Made by a program: the position numbers and the translations under genes
Notes under the pieces: generated by a model
Told to the model about the DNA's origin: nothing
The model's input: the letters and a program-made list of their open reading frames with translations, nothing else
The model's database searches: none
Source: the human T2T-CHM13v2.0 reference genome, Homo sapiens
NCBI RefSeq assembly: GCF_009914755.1
Contig: NC_060930.1
Length of the DNA: 64,000 nucleotides
Reading direction: 5' to 3' (one strand)
In this document: positions 63,480 through 64,000 of the stretch, piece after piece
Numbering within the stretch: the stretch's first letter is position 1
How the letters are laid out: every line of letters starts with the position of its first letter

Positions 63480-63700
63480 TGTTTTAAACAGCTTTATTGA
63501 GATATCATTTACATACCATAAAATCCAGTTGTTTAAAAGTGTACAATTCAATAACTTTTAGTAAATTTACAGGGTTTTACCATCATCACCACAATCTAGT
63601 TTCAGAACATTTCCATCATTCCAAAACAATGTCTCATGCCCATTTACAGTCAGTCCTATTTCCCATCCTCAGCCAAAGACAACCACTAATCTACTTGAAG
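63480..63700 (-). mobile_element. L1MB-type 3' end, antisense
   Basis: ACAGCTTTATTGAGATAT.ATTTACATACCATAAAAT...TTTAAAAGTGTACAATTCAAT. Confidence 0.85.
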
Positions 63701-64000
63701 AAACCATACATCCTCTCTAGGCTTCTTCAAGGTTAAAGACTTCCTATTTCTTATCATTTTGGTCTCAATGTAAATAGCATATCTTTGAAAAGACTTTCCA
63801 AAACTACTACCACTTTCAATTCTCACTTGAATCAGAGTAGTTTGGCATTTATTTGATTTATATATTTAGGTCCTACCCAAGTTTTCATTAAAAAAAAAGT
63901 TATAAAACTTTTAGTAAACAAACCAAAGGAATGCAAACCTCTAAGTGTTGAACAAGTCATAGGCCAATTATAAAGCCCTGTAGCAAAGAGATATCCTTGA

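Overview
AT-rich primate (human-type) genomic DNA, roughly half interspersed repeats (L1, Alu, LTR, DNA transposons, L2/MIR). No intact cellular protein-coding exon could be identified. Nearly all L1s, both recognisable LTRs and the retrocopy lie on +, and + is A-rich, so this is probably an intron of a large gene transcribed on the - strand (host not identified). Solid features: (1) a full-length L1PA2-type element (9239-15274) with dead ORF1/ORF2, an intact antisense ORF0 and a ~0.5 kb 3' transduction, shown by its TSD reappearing only after a second poly(A) tail; (2) a full-length, decayed RBM22 processed pseudogene with a very short 3'UTR. Most intriguing unexplained structure: an old ~370 bp duplication (40550-40920 vs 42328-42702) whose identity survives in short motif-like blocks, resembling a duplicated enhancer pair. 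More speculative: a phase-compatible chain of exon-like segments on - (possible lost gene), an RFX/CCAAT/GC-box promoter-like patch, a run of abutting palindromes, a fold-back insertion in an L1 and several minisatellites. Repeat subfamily calls are from recalled consensus features, not from a database search.
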